IMG/VR virus record: IMGVR_UViG_3300047510_002037
Span: 20,700 to 84,699 of that record
Length of the DNA stretch: 64,000 bases
Strand: one strand, 5' to 3'
Source of the DNA: a virus
In this document: in pieces, positions 10,648 to 20,488 of the stretch
Position numbering within the stretch: position 1 is the first letter of the stretch
How the letters are laid out: each line of letters starts with the position of its first letter
Translations under genes and position numbers: made by a program
The notes under the pieces: model-generated
What the model was told of the DNA's origin: nothing
Seen by the model: only the letters and a program-made list of their open reading frames with translations
Databases searched by the model: none

Positions 10648-10947
10648 TTAAACAGTAACAGTACTTAAAGTTCCGCTATTATCTACAATTAAACGATATT
10701 GAGTTCCGTTTGGTGATGTTAAAACAAGTCCTACGGAAGTGTTAATTCCAACTTTCACATCTGCACTAAAAGTAGAAATTCCAGAAACACCTAGTTGGTT
10801 AGTTGTTACAATTCCAGATATGCTAAGATCGTTATTTATACTTACTTCTATAGCTTCAATATTTAAATTATTTGGGCTTGCTAAAGTTGGAGTACCAGAG
10901 GCACCAATCAAGTCAATTTGTTTTACTCCAAATTTCTTATCAGCCAT
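10648..10947 (-). CDS. Small fibre-associated protein
   Basis: 99 aa; C-terminal LTSPNGTQYRLIVDNSGTLS motif of the kind seen in phage fibre proteins. Confidence 0.6.
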   Translation of the reverse strand: MADKKFGVKQIDLIGASGTPTLASPNNLNIEAIEVSINNDLSISGIVTTNQLGVSGISTFSADVKVGINTSVGLVLTSPNGTQYRLIVDNSGTLSTVTV

Positions 10948-10964
10948 TTTAGTTTTTTAATTAT

Positions 10965-12854
10965 TTATGATTGAGTGAAAACAACACCAGACATAAAAAC
11001 TCCACTGATGGATGGTGATGTATTATTATCATATGGATTATAAGATATTCTTTTTTCTGCACCTCTCATATTAAAACTACCAGTCCAATATTCTGTTGTG
11101 GTATCATCAGAATAATCATCTCTATATGCAGTAATTACTTTTGATCCATATTTTTTTAACCAATTCTTTACTTCAATTGAAGATGCGGATGGTTTTGTTT
11201 GCAAGTATAATGCTACCAAACCAGAAATTACTGGGGCAGCTGCGCTAGTACCATTAAAATTTGTATCAAAAAATCTATTATCATCTACTCTAGTATAATT
11301 AGTATATCCAGATATACCATTTGTTCCTGCCGTTAAAGTTTCATCTGCTGGAGACCAAACATCAATTCCTGGTCCGTTATTAGAATAACTTGCTTTTAAT
11401 TCTATACCACTAACTATAGTATCATCCATTGCACCGACACAAATTACTGGATGATAATCATTTGTAGAATTAAATCCTATTCCTTGGGGATTCATCCAAT
11501 CCCTATGATTACATGGAACAGTATTTGATGCAAATTCAGCTCTTGGGTCAGTAGTACCGAACCAAGAATCTCTCATATAGTTAAGTCTATCTGGATCATC
11601 TGATCCCATACCCAGTCTTTGATTATTATTACCAGCTGCTGCAACGTATACTACTCCGGATTGCATTAATTCATTACCAGCCTCATCAGTAGAATTTGAT
11701 CTTGATGATGTTGACCAAGATTTAAATGCACCACTAACTTGGTTATTCAATCCATTTTTCATCGCAGTGACCTGATTAACAGTTGATGAATTTCCAGTAA
11801 AAATTCCTGTTGTATTTCTAAATTTAAATGTTACTGATGTACCTGAAGAAAATGCAGCTTGATAACCCCAACTTCCATTTATAACAGTTGGATTTTTTAT
11901 ACCAGTAGTTTGATTAATTGGTTTATATGTGTGAAAGATCTTCATTAAATCATAACTCTGCTCAATTCCCATACCAACGTTATCGGAAATTGCAGGCATA
12001 TTCCAAATATTTGCTTCAAATGCTAACCCAAAATTTTTTCCAGCAGATAATGCAGCACATGCAGTTCCATGTCCACTGATTAAATTATTGGAACCATTCA
12101 AACCTGTCCCCATGGAACTATTTTCAGTATATGATGCTGAAATAGAAAATGTTCCTAATGATGAAAATTGTGGAGATCTATTTCCAGAAGTGCTCCACCA
12201 ACTAAGTGCAGATGCCGTAGTTATTCCAGTTCTACCATCTGATTTTATATAAGTTAAATTATTGGTAATAAAATAATCTGGATCAATATAATATGGACCG
12301 TCTAAAACAACATCTCTAACTCTAGACTTTCCATTTGAATCTAAAAATTCTGGGTGATATTGAAGAACTCCGGAATCATGGATAATAATATCAACATTTT
12401 TGCCTGTTAATGAATAATTAACGTCTCCATATTTTGCAGTTATATCATCGCTAGTCCAAAATTCTATATTTTCCTTCAATCCAATCCTCTTTATTGCCCA
12501 GTTTGTTCTATTAAGTTCTGTCTGTCCAGATCCAACACCACCAGTGGTTAAATCTCTATAGATTTTAGTATCTTTTTTAAATCTAGGAGTCGCTGGTTGT
12601 GGATCGGGATATGCATCTCTATGATCAGTTGGAGATAGTTCAATCCAATCTATATATGGGTGCTTGGATATTGAATCAGCTTCATACTTATGTAAGGAAA
12701 AGGTTCCTCTAGTTGGACTATGATTTTTATCATCTACACATATAATTTCTCTGTTGGGAATATGTTCACACGATGAAATACCACATAATGTGTTATGTAT
12801 CTCATCCCAATATTCTGGTGATTTTACTTTTAACGTGTAGTTTTTTAATGTCAT
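10965..12854 (-). CDS. Subtilisin-like serine protease (peptidase S8)
   Basis: Catalytic triad motifs IIIHDSG, GHGTACA and GTSAAAP; oxyanion motif AAAGNN; SYSNNGPGIDVWSP. Confidence 0.9.
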   Translation of the reverse strand: MTLKNYTLKVKSPEYWDEIHNTLCGISSCEHIPNREIICVDDKNHSPTRGTFSLHKYEADSISKHPYIDWIELSPTDHRDAYPDPQPATPRFKKDTKIYRDLTTGGVGSGQTELNRTNWAIKRIGLKENIEFWTSDDITAKYGDVNYSLTGKNVDIIIHDSGVLQYHPEFLDSNGKSRVRDVVLDGPYYIDPDYFITNNLTYIKSDGRTGITTASALSWWSTSGNRSPQFSSLGTFSISASYTENSSMGTGLNGSNNLISGHGTACAALSAGKNFGLAFEANIWNMPAISDNVGMGIEQSYDLMKIFHTYKPINQTTGIKNPTVINGSWGYQAAFSSGTSVTFKFRNTTGIFTGNSSTVNQVTAMKNGLNNQVSGAFKSWSTSSRSNSTDEAGNELMQSGVVYVAAAGNNNQRLGMGSDDPDRLNYMRDSWFGTTDPRAEFASNTVPCNHRDWMNPQGIGFNSTNDYHPVICVGAMDDTIVSGIELKASYSNNGPGIDVWSPADETLTAGTNGISGYTNYTRVDDNRFFDTNFNGTSAAAPVISGLVALYLQTKPSASSIEVKNWLKKYGSKVITAYRDDYSDDTTTEYWTGSFNMRGAEKRISYNPYDNNTSPSISGVFMSGVVFTQS

Positions 12855-12855
12855 A

Positions 12856-14721
12856 TTAGAGCATTGTCTGTCTTGTAAATCTATAAGTAGTCAATCCAGA
12901 AACACCAACTTCTGGTGTTAATATTAATCTAAATTGACCACCAGTTACAGTAGAACCTACTGAAACAATCAGAGATGGGTCATACATGATCGCATATTCT
13001 TGAGAATATGCAGAAGAACCATTTTGCATCGCTAATATTTTTTGCGATTGAATGTAAGTTCCGTATCCAACATGAATTGTATATTCTATTGTTTTAAAAT
13101 CACTTGTGGATATTGTGAAAGAATCTATTGTATGTCCAATTCCGGCAGAAGAAATAAATGTTCCAATACCAGTCTTTACACCATAAATGTTTTCTAGTTG
13201 GAATGGAGTAACTGCAGTAGTATTTGATCCTACGTTGAGAGTTGATAAAACTGTTACGCCAGTTCCAGTTATAGACAAAGAGTTGGTAGTATTATCATTT
13301 CCAATAAAAACACTTCTTCCACTATCTGCTTGAATTTGAATATCATCTCCACCAACATTTACTATTTCACTAACATCGGATGAACTGTTCTGTCTGATGA
13401 CCAATCCATTTGGAGTACCACCAGAATATCCAAGCATAATTCTGCTAAGATTATCTAGTTTTACCTCACCGGAAGATAGAATCTCGGTTGCGCCACCAAA
13501 AGTAACTGTACCAGATAATGTAGAAACACCAGAAACATTTAAAGTTTCAAGAGAAGTATTACCTTTAACTGTAAGTTTACTTGTTGGATTTGTGGTTCCC
13601 ATTCCAACATTAGAGAGTGTATGAATTCCCGCTGCTGTTGATGCCCAGTAAGAATCTCCGCCACTACCAGACGCAGTAACTGTAACTATTCCCAATGATA
13701 TTGGAGATACTGTTATGTTGTTTCCAAAATCTATTGTTCCAGCGGTTCCAACCAATACACCAGAATCTCTTATTACAATACCTGATCCGGATCCAACAAC
13801 ACCAATTAATCCAGATCCATCACCAATAAATTTAGTAGCAGTAACTATTCCAGATATTATTACATCAGAACTGGCTGTATTTCCCCTATCCAAAACATCT
13901 TGTAGAGTATCCGTTTCGTTATATGTTGTTAAATAACCTTGCGTAGCATGATTTCCCCAACCATATGCTGTATTCCAGTTTGAAATATTTGTAGTTGTTA
14001 TAGTGCTTGCAGCACCGGTAAAGGCAGTTCCTGCGGTCCCTTCAATATATACGGTAACTCCCGCTCCGCTTCCAACAGCAGTTACCGAAGCACCAACAAA
14101 ATTAATAGATGCTACTCCATTATCATTTCCAACAATTACACCTTCTTCTTGGATAGTAAACCCAAGAACACCATTACCACCAGCAGCTATAGCAGATGGA
14201 TTATATGCAACTAATTCTACAGTATCACCTTCAAAACAAGGTTCTGTTACAGTTACTGATGTTCCATTAGAAGCAGTATATTCTGTAATATCAGATACGC
14301 CGTTTCCTTTTAATTTTACACCATTAATATATACATCTAAAAATCCAACATTGTATGCATATGCAAATGTAGTTTGATCGTTTGTTGCAGTATATGTAAA
14401 TGTAGATCTTAAACTCGTTGGAAAACTAGCCCATTCAACTCCAGATCCAGTAGATCTTAAGTACTGCCCGGGAAGACCAGTTGTATCTCCAATAGAAATA
14501 CCATTACCAGTAAAATCCAATTCATTTGCTGTTAATATTCCACTTACTGTTGCGTTTCTAGTTACAGTTAAGTCAGTACAACCAATACTGCTTAATACAT
14601 GCAGATCATAATCGGGAATACTTGTATTAATTCCTACCTGATCGGTTACTGCATCTGCATATAGAAGCAACTCGTTAACTTCTAAACCATTTTTAACTAC
14701 GAAATTCTTTCCTACAGCCAT
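12856..14721 (-). CDS. Tail fibre-like structural protein
   Basis: N-terminal KNFVVKNGLEV; YTATNDQTTF...DVYINGVKL module; NVGMGTTNPTSKLTV fibre repeat; perfect TATAAATA upstream. Confidence 0.7.
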   Translation of the reverse strand: MAVGKNFVVKNGLEVNELLLYADAVTDQVGINTSIPDYDLHVLSSIGCTDLTVTRNATVSGILTANELDFTGNGISIGDTTGLPGQYLRSTGSGVEWASFPTSLRSTFTYTATNDQTTFAYAYNVGFLDVYINGVKLKGNGVSDITEYTASNGTSVTVTEPCFEGDTVELVAYNPSAIAAGGNGVLGFTIQEEGVIVGNDNGVASINFVGASVTAVGSGAGVTVYIEGTAGTAFTGAASTITTTNISNWNTAYGWGNHATQGYLTTYNETDTLQDVLDRGNTASSDVIISGIVTATKFIGDGSGLIGVVGSGSGIVIRDSGVLVGTAGTIDFGNNITVSPISLGIVTVTASGSGGDSYWASTAAGIHTLSNVGMGTTNPTSKLTVKGNTSLETLNVSGVSTLSGTVTFGGATEILSSGEVKLDNLSRIMLGYSGGTPNGLVIRQNSSSDVSEIVNVGGDDIQIQADSGRSVFIGNDNTTNSLSITGTGVTVLSTLNVGSNTTAVTPFQLENIYGVKTGIGTFISSAGIGHTIDSFTISTSDFKTIEYTIHVGYGTYIQSQKILAMQNGSSAYSQEYAIMYDPSLIVSVGSTVTGGQFRLILTPEVGVSGLTTYRFTRQTML

Positions 14722-14750
14722 GGAGGTTCACTTTCCCCTCTAGTTTTTAC

Positions 14751-14758
14751 TATTTATA
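14751..14758 (-). promoter_or_regulatory. T4-type late promoter TATAAATA
   Basis: Perfect consensus 30 nt upstream of the start at 14721. Confidence 0.8.
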
Positions 14759-14764
14759 CTAAAA

Positions 14765-17206
14765 TTAATAGTATGGGTCCCAATCAGCAAATACACTATA
14801 ACTTCCAACAACATCCCTAATAATTTTTAATGTTACAATATCAAACGCTGGGTTTGACGTAGTAACTCCAACTGGTTGTGCTCCATTTCTCCAGAATTCA
14901 TTAGTTGGGGAACCACCATTAACGGTTATTGAAACATTACCAGTATCCCACCCTAAATTATCACCTTCGATGATTAAGGTTAATGTAGCCATATACGTTC
15001 CAGTAGTCGGAACATTAGTTAATGCTATTTCGCCAATTTGACCACTCGTATCTCCTGCTATTACAGTAGGCAATCCACTTTGAGAAAGATCAATAGTTAA
15101 TGTATTTGTAATAAGATTATATGTTACTCCTGTTGGGAATGCTCCATTATTTGCAACTTCTCCACCTACCTTTTGATAAATTAATCCGCCATGTGATACA
15201 GATCCTGTTAATGTTGAAACACCAGAAACGGTTAATGAATTTAGATTACCTAAAGTTGTTAACGAAGAAACAGTAACTCCAGATCCGAGTGTTGTTGACG
15301 ATAACACTGAAGATGAATTTATTGCAAAATTATTTCCAGTTGTTAAATTAACAGTGCCTGAGAAAGTAGATGCACCAGAAACCAAAGTAGTTGCACTAAT
15401 ATGAGAGATCGTTCCAACACCAGTATATTCTAGACTAGATCCTCTAATATGAGTTACCGTGCTTAATCCCGAGTATGATAAATTAGTTCCATTTAAGCTT
15501 GCTATAGTAGAAATCCCAGTATAACTTAGAGTCGTTCCTCTAATATTAGCAACAGTAGAAATTCCGGAATAATCTAGAGTCGTTCCTCTTGCATGAGTGA
15601 CTGTAGAAAGACCAGTATAATTTAATCTCTCTCCAGAAGAATTGGTGATAATTCCTGTTCTACATAGAACTGATTGATAGTCTAGTATAGTTCCAGTTAC
15701 TGTGGTAATAGTAGAAAATCCAGCACTTAAACCACCAGCTGTAATTCCCCCAGAAACTGATAAAGATCCTAATGTTCCAACGGATGTTAATGATGAATTA
15801 ACGACACTAGAACCAAGAGTAGTTGAACTTAAAACTCCAGTTCCGTTAATTTCATATTGCTTACCAGAAACAAGATTCCAATCCTCGCTTGATGTTAAAG
15901 CACTAGCGGAATTGTTCCAGGTTATAGTCTTACGAACTCCAGTTGAACCAATACCAATACCAGCACCATCAAGAAGTGCATTAGTTGCTACTGTTGTAGC
16001 AATACCAACATTAAAGTCTGCTAGTTCAATAGCAGTTGAATTTATATAAGTTTGCTCACCATCAACATAAAGATCACCTGCAATTCTTACTCGTCCTGTA
16101 GATCCTGTTGATGCTGGATCTATTATTATTTCAGATGGTCCTGTAATTCTATCATATAGAATTCTAATAGAAGTTGCAGCAGATCCAGTATGGAATTCTG
16201 TAGATGTTATAACTCCTACACTTGAAACATTTCTTGTATTTACGTTTGTTGCGTTCAGAGTTGTTGGGTTAAATACAGTAGCAGTTCCGATTGCAATTGT
16301 TGCTGACTGTGTTCCAAAAGAGGTAGAAGTTAGGTTTGTGATAGTTGCTGCTAATCCAACAATACTATCACCATCTAATGTAGTTGCTGCTATGGAAACT
16401 GCATTTACCGTTTGAGCATTTGATGTTGTAGTTATTGCTGTATTTACTGTTAATGTTGTAATATTTGCACTAGTTGTTGTTAATGCAGTTCCAACTATAT
16501 TTGTTGCGCTTATATTTGAAATAGTTGCGTTAGTTGCAGTTAACCCTGTCGAAGTTAATGCCGTTGAAACTACATTACTACTATTCAGATTTGTTAGGGT
16601 AGATATTCCAGAGTAGTTTAAATTAATACCCTGTAGGTATGATACAGTAGATACTCCAGTGGAATTTAATGTGGTTGATCTTAAATTAACTACAGTTCCT
16701 ATTCCAGTATAATATAAATTTGCTCCGTCCAAAAGTAAAGCTGTGCTTATACCAGAATAATAGTATGATAATCCACTTAAATATTGAGCTGTAGATAATC
16801 CAGAATAGTATAGTCTTTGTCCAGATAAAGTTGTTAGTGTTGATAAACCAGATACACTAATATTTTGCAACTCTGCATATTTTGATATTGATAACCCAGT
16901 TCCTGCAAGAGAATCTACAACATTCAGTTGAATTATAGTTCCTATTCCAGTTACATTTAAACTATTAAAATTGTTTGGAGCAATTTCTAAAGCAGATTCA
17001 AAAGTTGCTAATGTTGTTGAATCTAAAGATAATATATTTTTAAGTTGAAATGATGAATCAACAACCGTAGTTGATCCAATACCAACACTGTCTCCTCCAA
17101 GAGATCCAGTTGCTGTGATAACGCCACTAATAACAATACCCCTATCAAATTCGGGAGCACCATTACCGTCTTTGTTTCTTATTAGGTCTACGTATAATGA
17201 TGACAT
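14765..17206 (-). CDS. Ser/Thr-rich repetitive fibre protein
   Basis: About 16-aa repeats LxYxG(I/L)ST; low complexity; late promoter upstream. Confidence 0.65.
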   Translation of the reverse strand: MSSLYVDLIRNKDGNGAPEFDRGIVISGVITATGSLGGDSVGIGSTTVVDSSFQLKNILSLDSTTLATFESALEIAPNNFNSLNVTGIGTIIQLNVVDSLAGTGLSISKYAELQNISVSGLSTLTTLSGQRLYYSGLSTAQYLSGLSYYYSGISTALLLDGANLYYTGIGTVVNLRSTTLNSTGVSTVSYLQGINLNYSGISTLTNLNSSNVVSTALTSTGLTATNATISNISATNIVGTALTTTSANITTLTVNTAITTTSNAQTVNAVSIAATTLDGDSIVGLAATITNLTSTSFGTQSATIAIGTATVFNPTTLNATNVNTRNVSSVGVITSTEFHTGSAATSIRILYDRITGPSEIIIDPASTGSTGRVRIAGDLYVDGEQTYINSTAIELADFNVGIATTVATNALLDGAGIGIGSTGVRKTITWNNSASALTSSEDWNLVSGKQYEINGTGVLSSTTLGSSVVNSSLTSVGTLGSLSVSGGITAGGLSAGFSTITTVTGTILDYQSVLCRTGIITNSSGERLNYTGLSTVTHARGTTLDYSGISTVANIRGTTLSYTGISTIASLNGTNLSYSGLSTVTHIRGSSLEYTGVGTISHISATTLVSGASTFSGTVNLTTGNNFAINSSSVLSSTTLGSGVTVSSLTTLGNLNSLTVSGVSTLTGSVSHGGLIYQKVGGEVANNGAFPTGVTYNLITNTLTIDLSQSGLPTVIAGDTSGQIGEIALTNVPTTGTYMATLTLIIEGDNLGWDTGNVSITVNGGSPTNEFWRNGAQPVGVTTSNPAFDIVTLKIIRDVVGSYSVFADWDPYY

Positions 17207-17240
17207 TACTTAAACGGATATTTTAACTATATCTTATTTA

Positions 17241-17714
17241 TTAAATTGTTGGAGCTTCTGGCCATAGAATATTCCATGGAAATCCTTTTTGCGTGGTTAT
17301 GTTCCTCAATTGATCTCTATAGACTCTCCATTCTTTGATAAATTCTTTTGAATTTATCTCTTCCGATTCTGGTAATTGGGTCCAATCACACATATACAAT
17401 TTCATATTCCTTTCATTTCTAACTTCTGCTGCTTTTTCAGCAGTAACAGCTTTTTTTTCACTTTCAGTCATAGAAATAAACTTCCATGTTTGTCTATAAA
17501 TTCCATCATTGCCCTTTACCGGGGAATCTTCAACTACTTTTGTAAATTTCTTTGGATGAGGTTGTGCGGTAAATTCATATACGCCAAATCCAAAAGGTTC
17601 TACCACTTCCGGACTAAGAACTTCCGGAAATGATGTATTTCTAAATAACATCCGAAAATTTTTTTCATCAACTGGATGTCCAAATGGTACGCCATTGTCT
17701 AGTTGTATTAGCAT
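17241..17714 (-). CDS. Phage tail fibre assembly chaperone-like protein
   Basis: C-terminal VRNERN..L..CDWTQLP...W..YR..LR.IT.Q.GFP..I.WP motif. Confidence 0.8.
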   Translation of the reverse strand: MLIQLDNGVPFGHPVDEKNFRMLFRNTSFPEVLSPEVVEPFGFGVYEFTAQPHPKKFTKVVEDSPVKGNDGIYRQTWKFISMTESEKKAVTAEKAAEVRNERNMKLYMCDWTQLPESEEINSKEFIKEWRVYRDQLRNITTQKGFPWNILWPEAPTI

Positions 17715-17747
17715 TCTAAGAATTCTCCGTACAGTGATAATTCATGT

Positions 17748-18653
17748 TTATTGAGTATTTATTGAAGGAAATGCTCTGGAATTTCCAGGCCAAATTATTC
17801 TAACTGCTCCTCTTCCACCAGCACCTCCAGATAAGAATAGAGTTGGTACTCCAACACCAAATCTGATAAATCCAGATCTTCCTCCACCACCATAAAGTCC
17901 ACCATCTAAGTCTCCATTTTGACCACTACTTCCACCTCCAGATGGAGTAGCATTTCCTATTTGACTTGAAGATGATGCTCCTGTTCCACCAAATCCATCT
18001 GATCCTTGACCATATAGACCAACACCTCCACCTGAAGAAGATCTAGCTGGTTGAGATGCGGTTGAAAAATATAGTGTCTGCCAGGAACCTCCACCACCTC
18101 CGCCAGCACCGCCTAGTCCAGGAGAACCATTAGATCCAATAGATGAAGAACCTCCTGATCCTCCATTTCCACCATCTCCGGTATATCCACCTGCACCTCC
18201 GCCACCAGATCCTTGCTGTCCTGCCGATCCACCGTTTCCTCCACCATTTCCATTTGCATAATTACCTCCTGTTCCATCTGATAATCCTCCATATGCTATT
18301 ACTGTTTCTTCATCATAAGTAAAACTGGAATATCCGCCATTACTCCCTAAAATTGGTGAAGCACTAGATCCAGAAGATTGACCACCTGCCCCGACTTCTA
18401 CAATGTAAGAAGAACCTGGATTTACTTGTATATTATTTTTATATACTAAACCGCCACCGCCACCGCCAACAACTGCACTCGAAAATACTGTTGGAGATGC
18501 TCCTCCACCAACAGCAACTACACTAACACTCCTTACTTTTGGTGGTGCAATCCAAGTATATACTCCTGGAGTATCGTATATTTGCTCGTCATCTGCAGGA
18601 GAAGCTGAGATTATTGCTGTTGAAAACAGCATCATTTGAGATATAAAATGCAT
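17748..18653 (-). CDS. Glycine-rich fibre-tip/adhesin-like protein
   Basis: PGVYTWIAP..VRSVSVVAVGGG start; many polyglycine tracts; ends GGRGAVRIIWPG; adjacent to the chaperone gene. Confidence 0.7.
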   Translation of the reverse strand: MHFISQMMLFSTAIISASPADDEQIYDTPGVYTWIAPPKVRSVSVVAVGGGASPTVFSSAVVGGGGGGLVYKNNIQVNPGSSYIVEVGAGGQSSGSSASPILGSNGGYSSFTYDEETVIAYGGLSDGTGGNYANGNGGGNGGSAGQQGSGGGGAGGYTGDGGNGGSGGSSSIGSNGSPGLGGAGGGGGGSWQTLYFSTASQPARSSSGGGVGLYGQGSDGFGGTGASSSSQIGNATPSGGGSSGQNGDLDGGLYGGGGRSGFIRFGVGVPTLFLSGGAGGRGAVRIIWPGNSRAFPSINTQ

Positions 18654-18657
18654 TTTA

Positions 18658-18987
18658 TTATACTGATACTGTATCGTAAACTAAAATAGAACCTTCAACG
18701 ACTTTCATTAATTTATCTGTTGAATTTGTTTCGATAATAATATCAAAATAATTTCTTCCATTATCTAAATCTGATGTGATTGAACTCGCCATTGAAATGA
18801 GAACACTATTATCATCTTCATTAATATAGGTATCGAAAGTCTTGTAATTTTCTGAAGCTGGATGCTTCCTAATCTTAGCAAGTGCTGTTTGACTTGAAGA
18901 ATCTAAAGTTGTGACAGCGATAGATACTTTCTTTTCAAAATCGGTTCCTTTATATATTGTTATTGATGTTACTGAAGGAACGCTCAT
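18658..18987 (-). CDS. Conserved virion-associated hypothetical protein
   Basis: I.KGTDF...AKIRKH...GRNYFDI....VVEGSILV pattern; late promoter upstream. Confidence 0.6.
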   Translation of the reverse strand: MSVPSVTSITIYKGTDFEKKVSIAVTTLDSSSQTALAKIRKHPASENYKTFDTYINEDDNSVLISMASSITSDLDNGRNYFDIIIETNSTDKLMKVVEGSILVYDTVSV

Positions 18988-19011
18988 TTTAGTAAAAATA
19001 TCTTATCTAAC

Positions 19012-19443
19012 TTATTTATTATCCAGTTTAGTAGACTTTAAAAGTTTGGATAACTCTGAAGTGGATCCAACAAATAAAGCATTAGTAACATTTGTTGGAT
19101 TTTTGGATTTTGAATCCTCTTCTACTTCTTTGAGTTTTTTTTGCAGTTCCATTAATTTATCTGTTGCATCTGCAACATTTTTAATCAATTGACCTGCTAC
19201 TTCATATGCCCTAGGCATTTCGCTTTCTTGAGCTAGTTCTAATATCCCATTGATAGCTTCCTGACCTTTTTCTATTAACGAATATAAATTTCCCCTAGTA
19301 TATTCATAATCTTTTTTAATATCATCATTGGTACTTTTTGGTTTAGTATCTATGGACATATCTTTTATTTCTTCTATTTTTTTAGATACTATCTCTCCAG
19401 TCACATCAAAAGCAGCATCTAAATCATCGAAATTTTGTTTCAT
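19012..19443 (-). CDS. g16: Terminase small subunit (gp16)
   Basis: DYEYTRGNLYSLIEKGQEAINGILELAQES..PRAYEVAGQLIK..NALFVGST motifs; directly follows g15; start placed at MKQNFDD. Confidence 0.85.
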   Translation of the reverse strand: MKQNFDDLDAAFDVTGEIVSKKIEEIKDMSIDTKPKSTNDDIKKDYEYTRGNLYSLIEKGQEAINGILELAQESEMPRAYEVAGQLIKNVADATDKLMELQKKLKEVEEDSKSKNPTNVTNALFVGSTSELSKLLKSTKLDNK

Positions 19444-19444
19444 C

Positions 19445-20449
19445 TTACACAAAGTCTCCATCAAAACCAAAATTATCTCCAAATTCTATTAAATCATTGT
19501 CTTCATCAGTAATTAGTTTTACTCCAGAACCAGATACATGCTCTGATGGAGATGTCCCATAAACACCTCTAGTAACTTTCAGTAAATTTGAATCTTTTGA
19601 TGTTACTTTTAAAGTTTCTTCACCTATAGTTATGTAAGACCCTTCTGTTATCAAGCTAGAATCAGAAACTTCTATGCGTGTATCACTTACAGTTACGTCT
19701 TTTGCTGTTGTAGTAGTATCATTTTCTGAATAACTTTTTGTTGCTGTTGGAGTAACAACATAAGAAACTTCTCTTCTCCTCTGAAGAGTCTCTGCTCCAG
19801 ATACAAGTCCGATAGAAACTTTTTTGATAATATCCTGAGAGGCAGAAGTAGATGTAGGTCCAAAGATGTAAGTTTTTGCTGTAAATGATAGAGTATAAAT
19901 CAACGCTCTTCTTTTAGTAAAATCTCCTTCATATTCATCACTCATTGAAATATTATCTAGAATAACTGGTATATCTCTAGTTTCTCCTATCTGATCCACT
20001 AAATCGACGGTCACACTGTATTGTGGTTGAAAATATGGTAATATTTGCTCAATAATTTGAAGCATATCATCATTTATTTTTGTGTAAATTGAAAGTTCAA
20101 ATGTAACATTATATGGAACAGGCATGTATAATTTTCTTATATCCTTACCATCAGACTTACTCTGAGCTAAGAATGATTGTGCAGTAGTAACTTTTCTTCC
20201 AGGATCATAAGATATACCAGTCATTTCAAAAGACATTCTGGGTAAAGTCAATTGAACTGGTTTATTTAAATCTGGAGACTGCTCCAATCTAGCAAGAAAT
20301 TTTTGCATAGGTCCATAAGCCAAAGGAACTTTGGTTATAGACTTTGTATTATTAGATTCATCTACTTTTGCTATTTTAATCTCATTAAATAATGATCCAA
20401 AAGCAATTATAGTCTTCCTTAGTATCTCGTTATAAAAATATTCAAACAT
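19445..20449 (-). CDS. g15: Tail sheath stabiliser/completion protein gp15
   Basis: YFYNEILRKTIIAFGSLFN, VPLAYGP, LPRMSFE, PVPYN, QIIEQILPYFQP. Confidence 0.93.
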   Translation of the reverse strand: MFEYFYNEILRKTIIAFGSLFNEIKIAKVDESNNTKSITKVPLAYGPMQKFLARLEQSPDLNKPVQLTLPRMSFEMTGISYDPGRKVTTAQSFLAQSKSDGKDIRKLYMPVPYNVTFELSIYTKINDDMLQIIEQILPYFQPQYSVTVDLVDQIGETRDIPVILDNISMSDEYEGDFTKRRALIYTLSFTAKTYIFGPTSTSASQDIIKKVSIGLVSGAETLQRRREVSYVVTPTATKSYSENDTTTTAKDVTVSDTRIEVSDSSLITEGSYITIGEETLKVTSKDSNLLKVTRGVYGTSPSEHVSGSGVKLITDEDNDLIEFGDNFGFDGDFV

Positions 20450-20488
20450 ATTTTTAAATTTTATTTTAATATCTACTATTTAACACTT

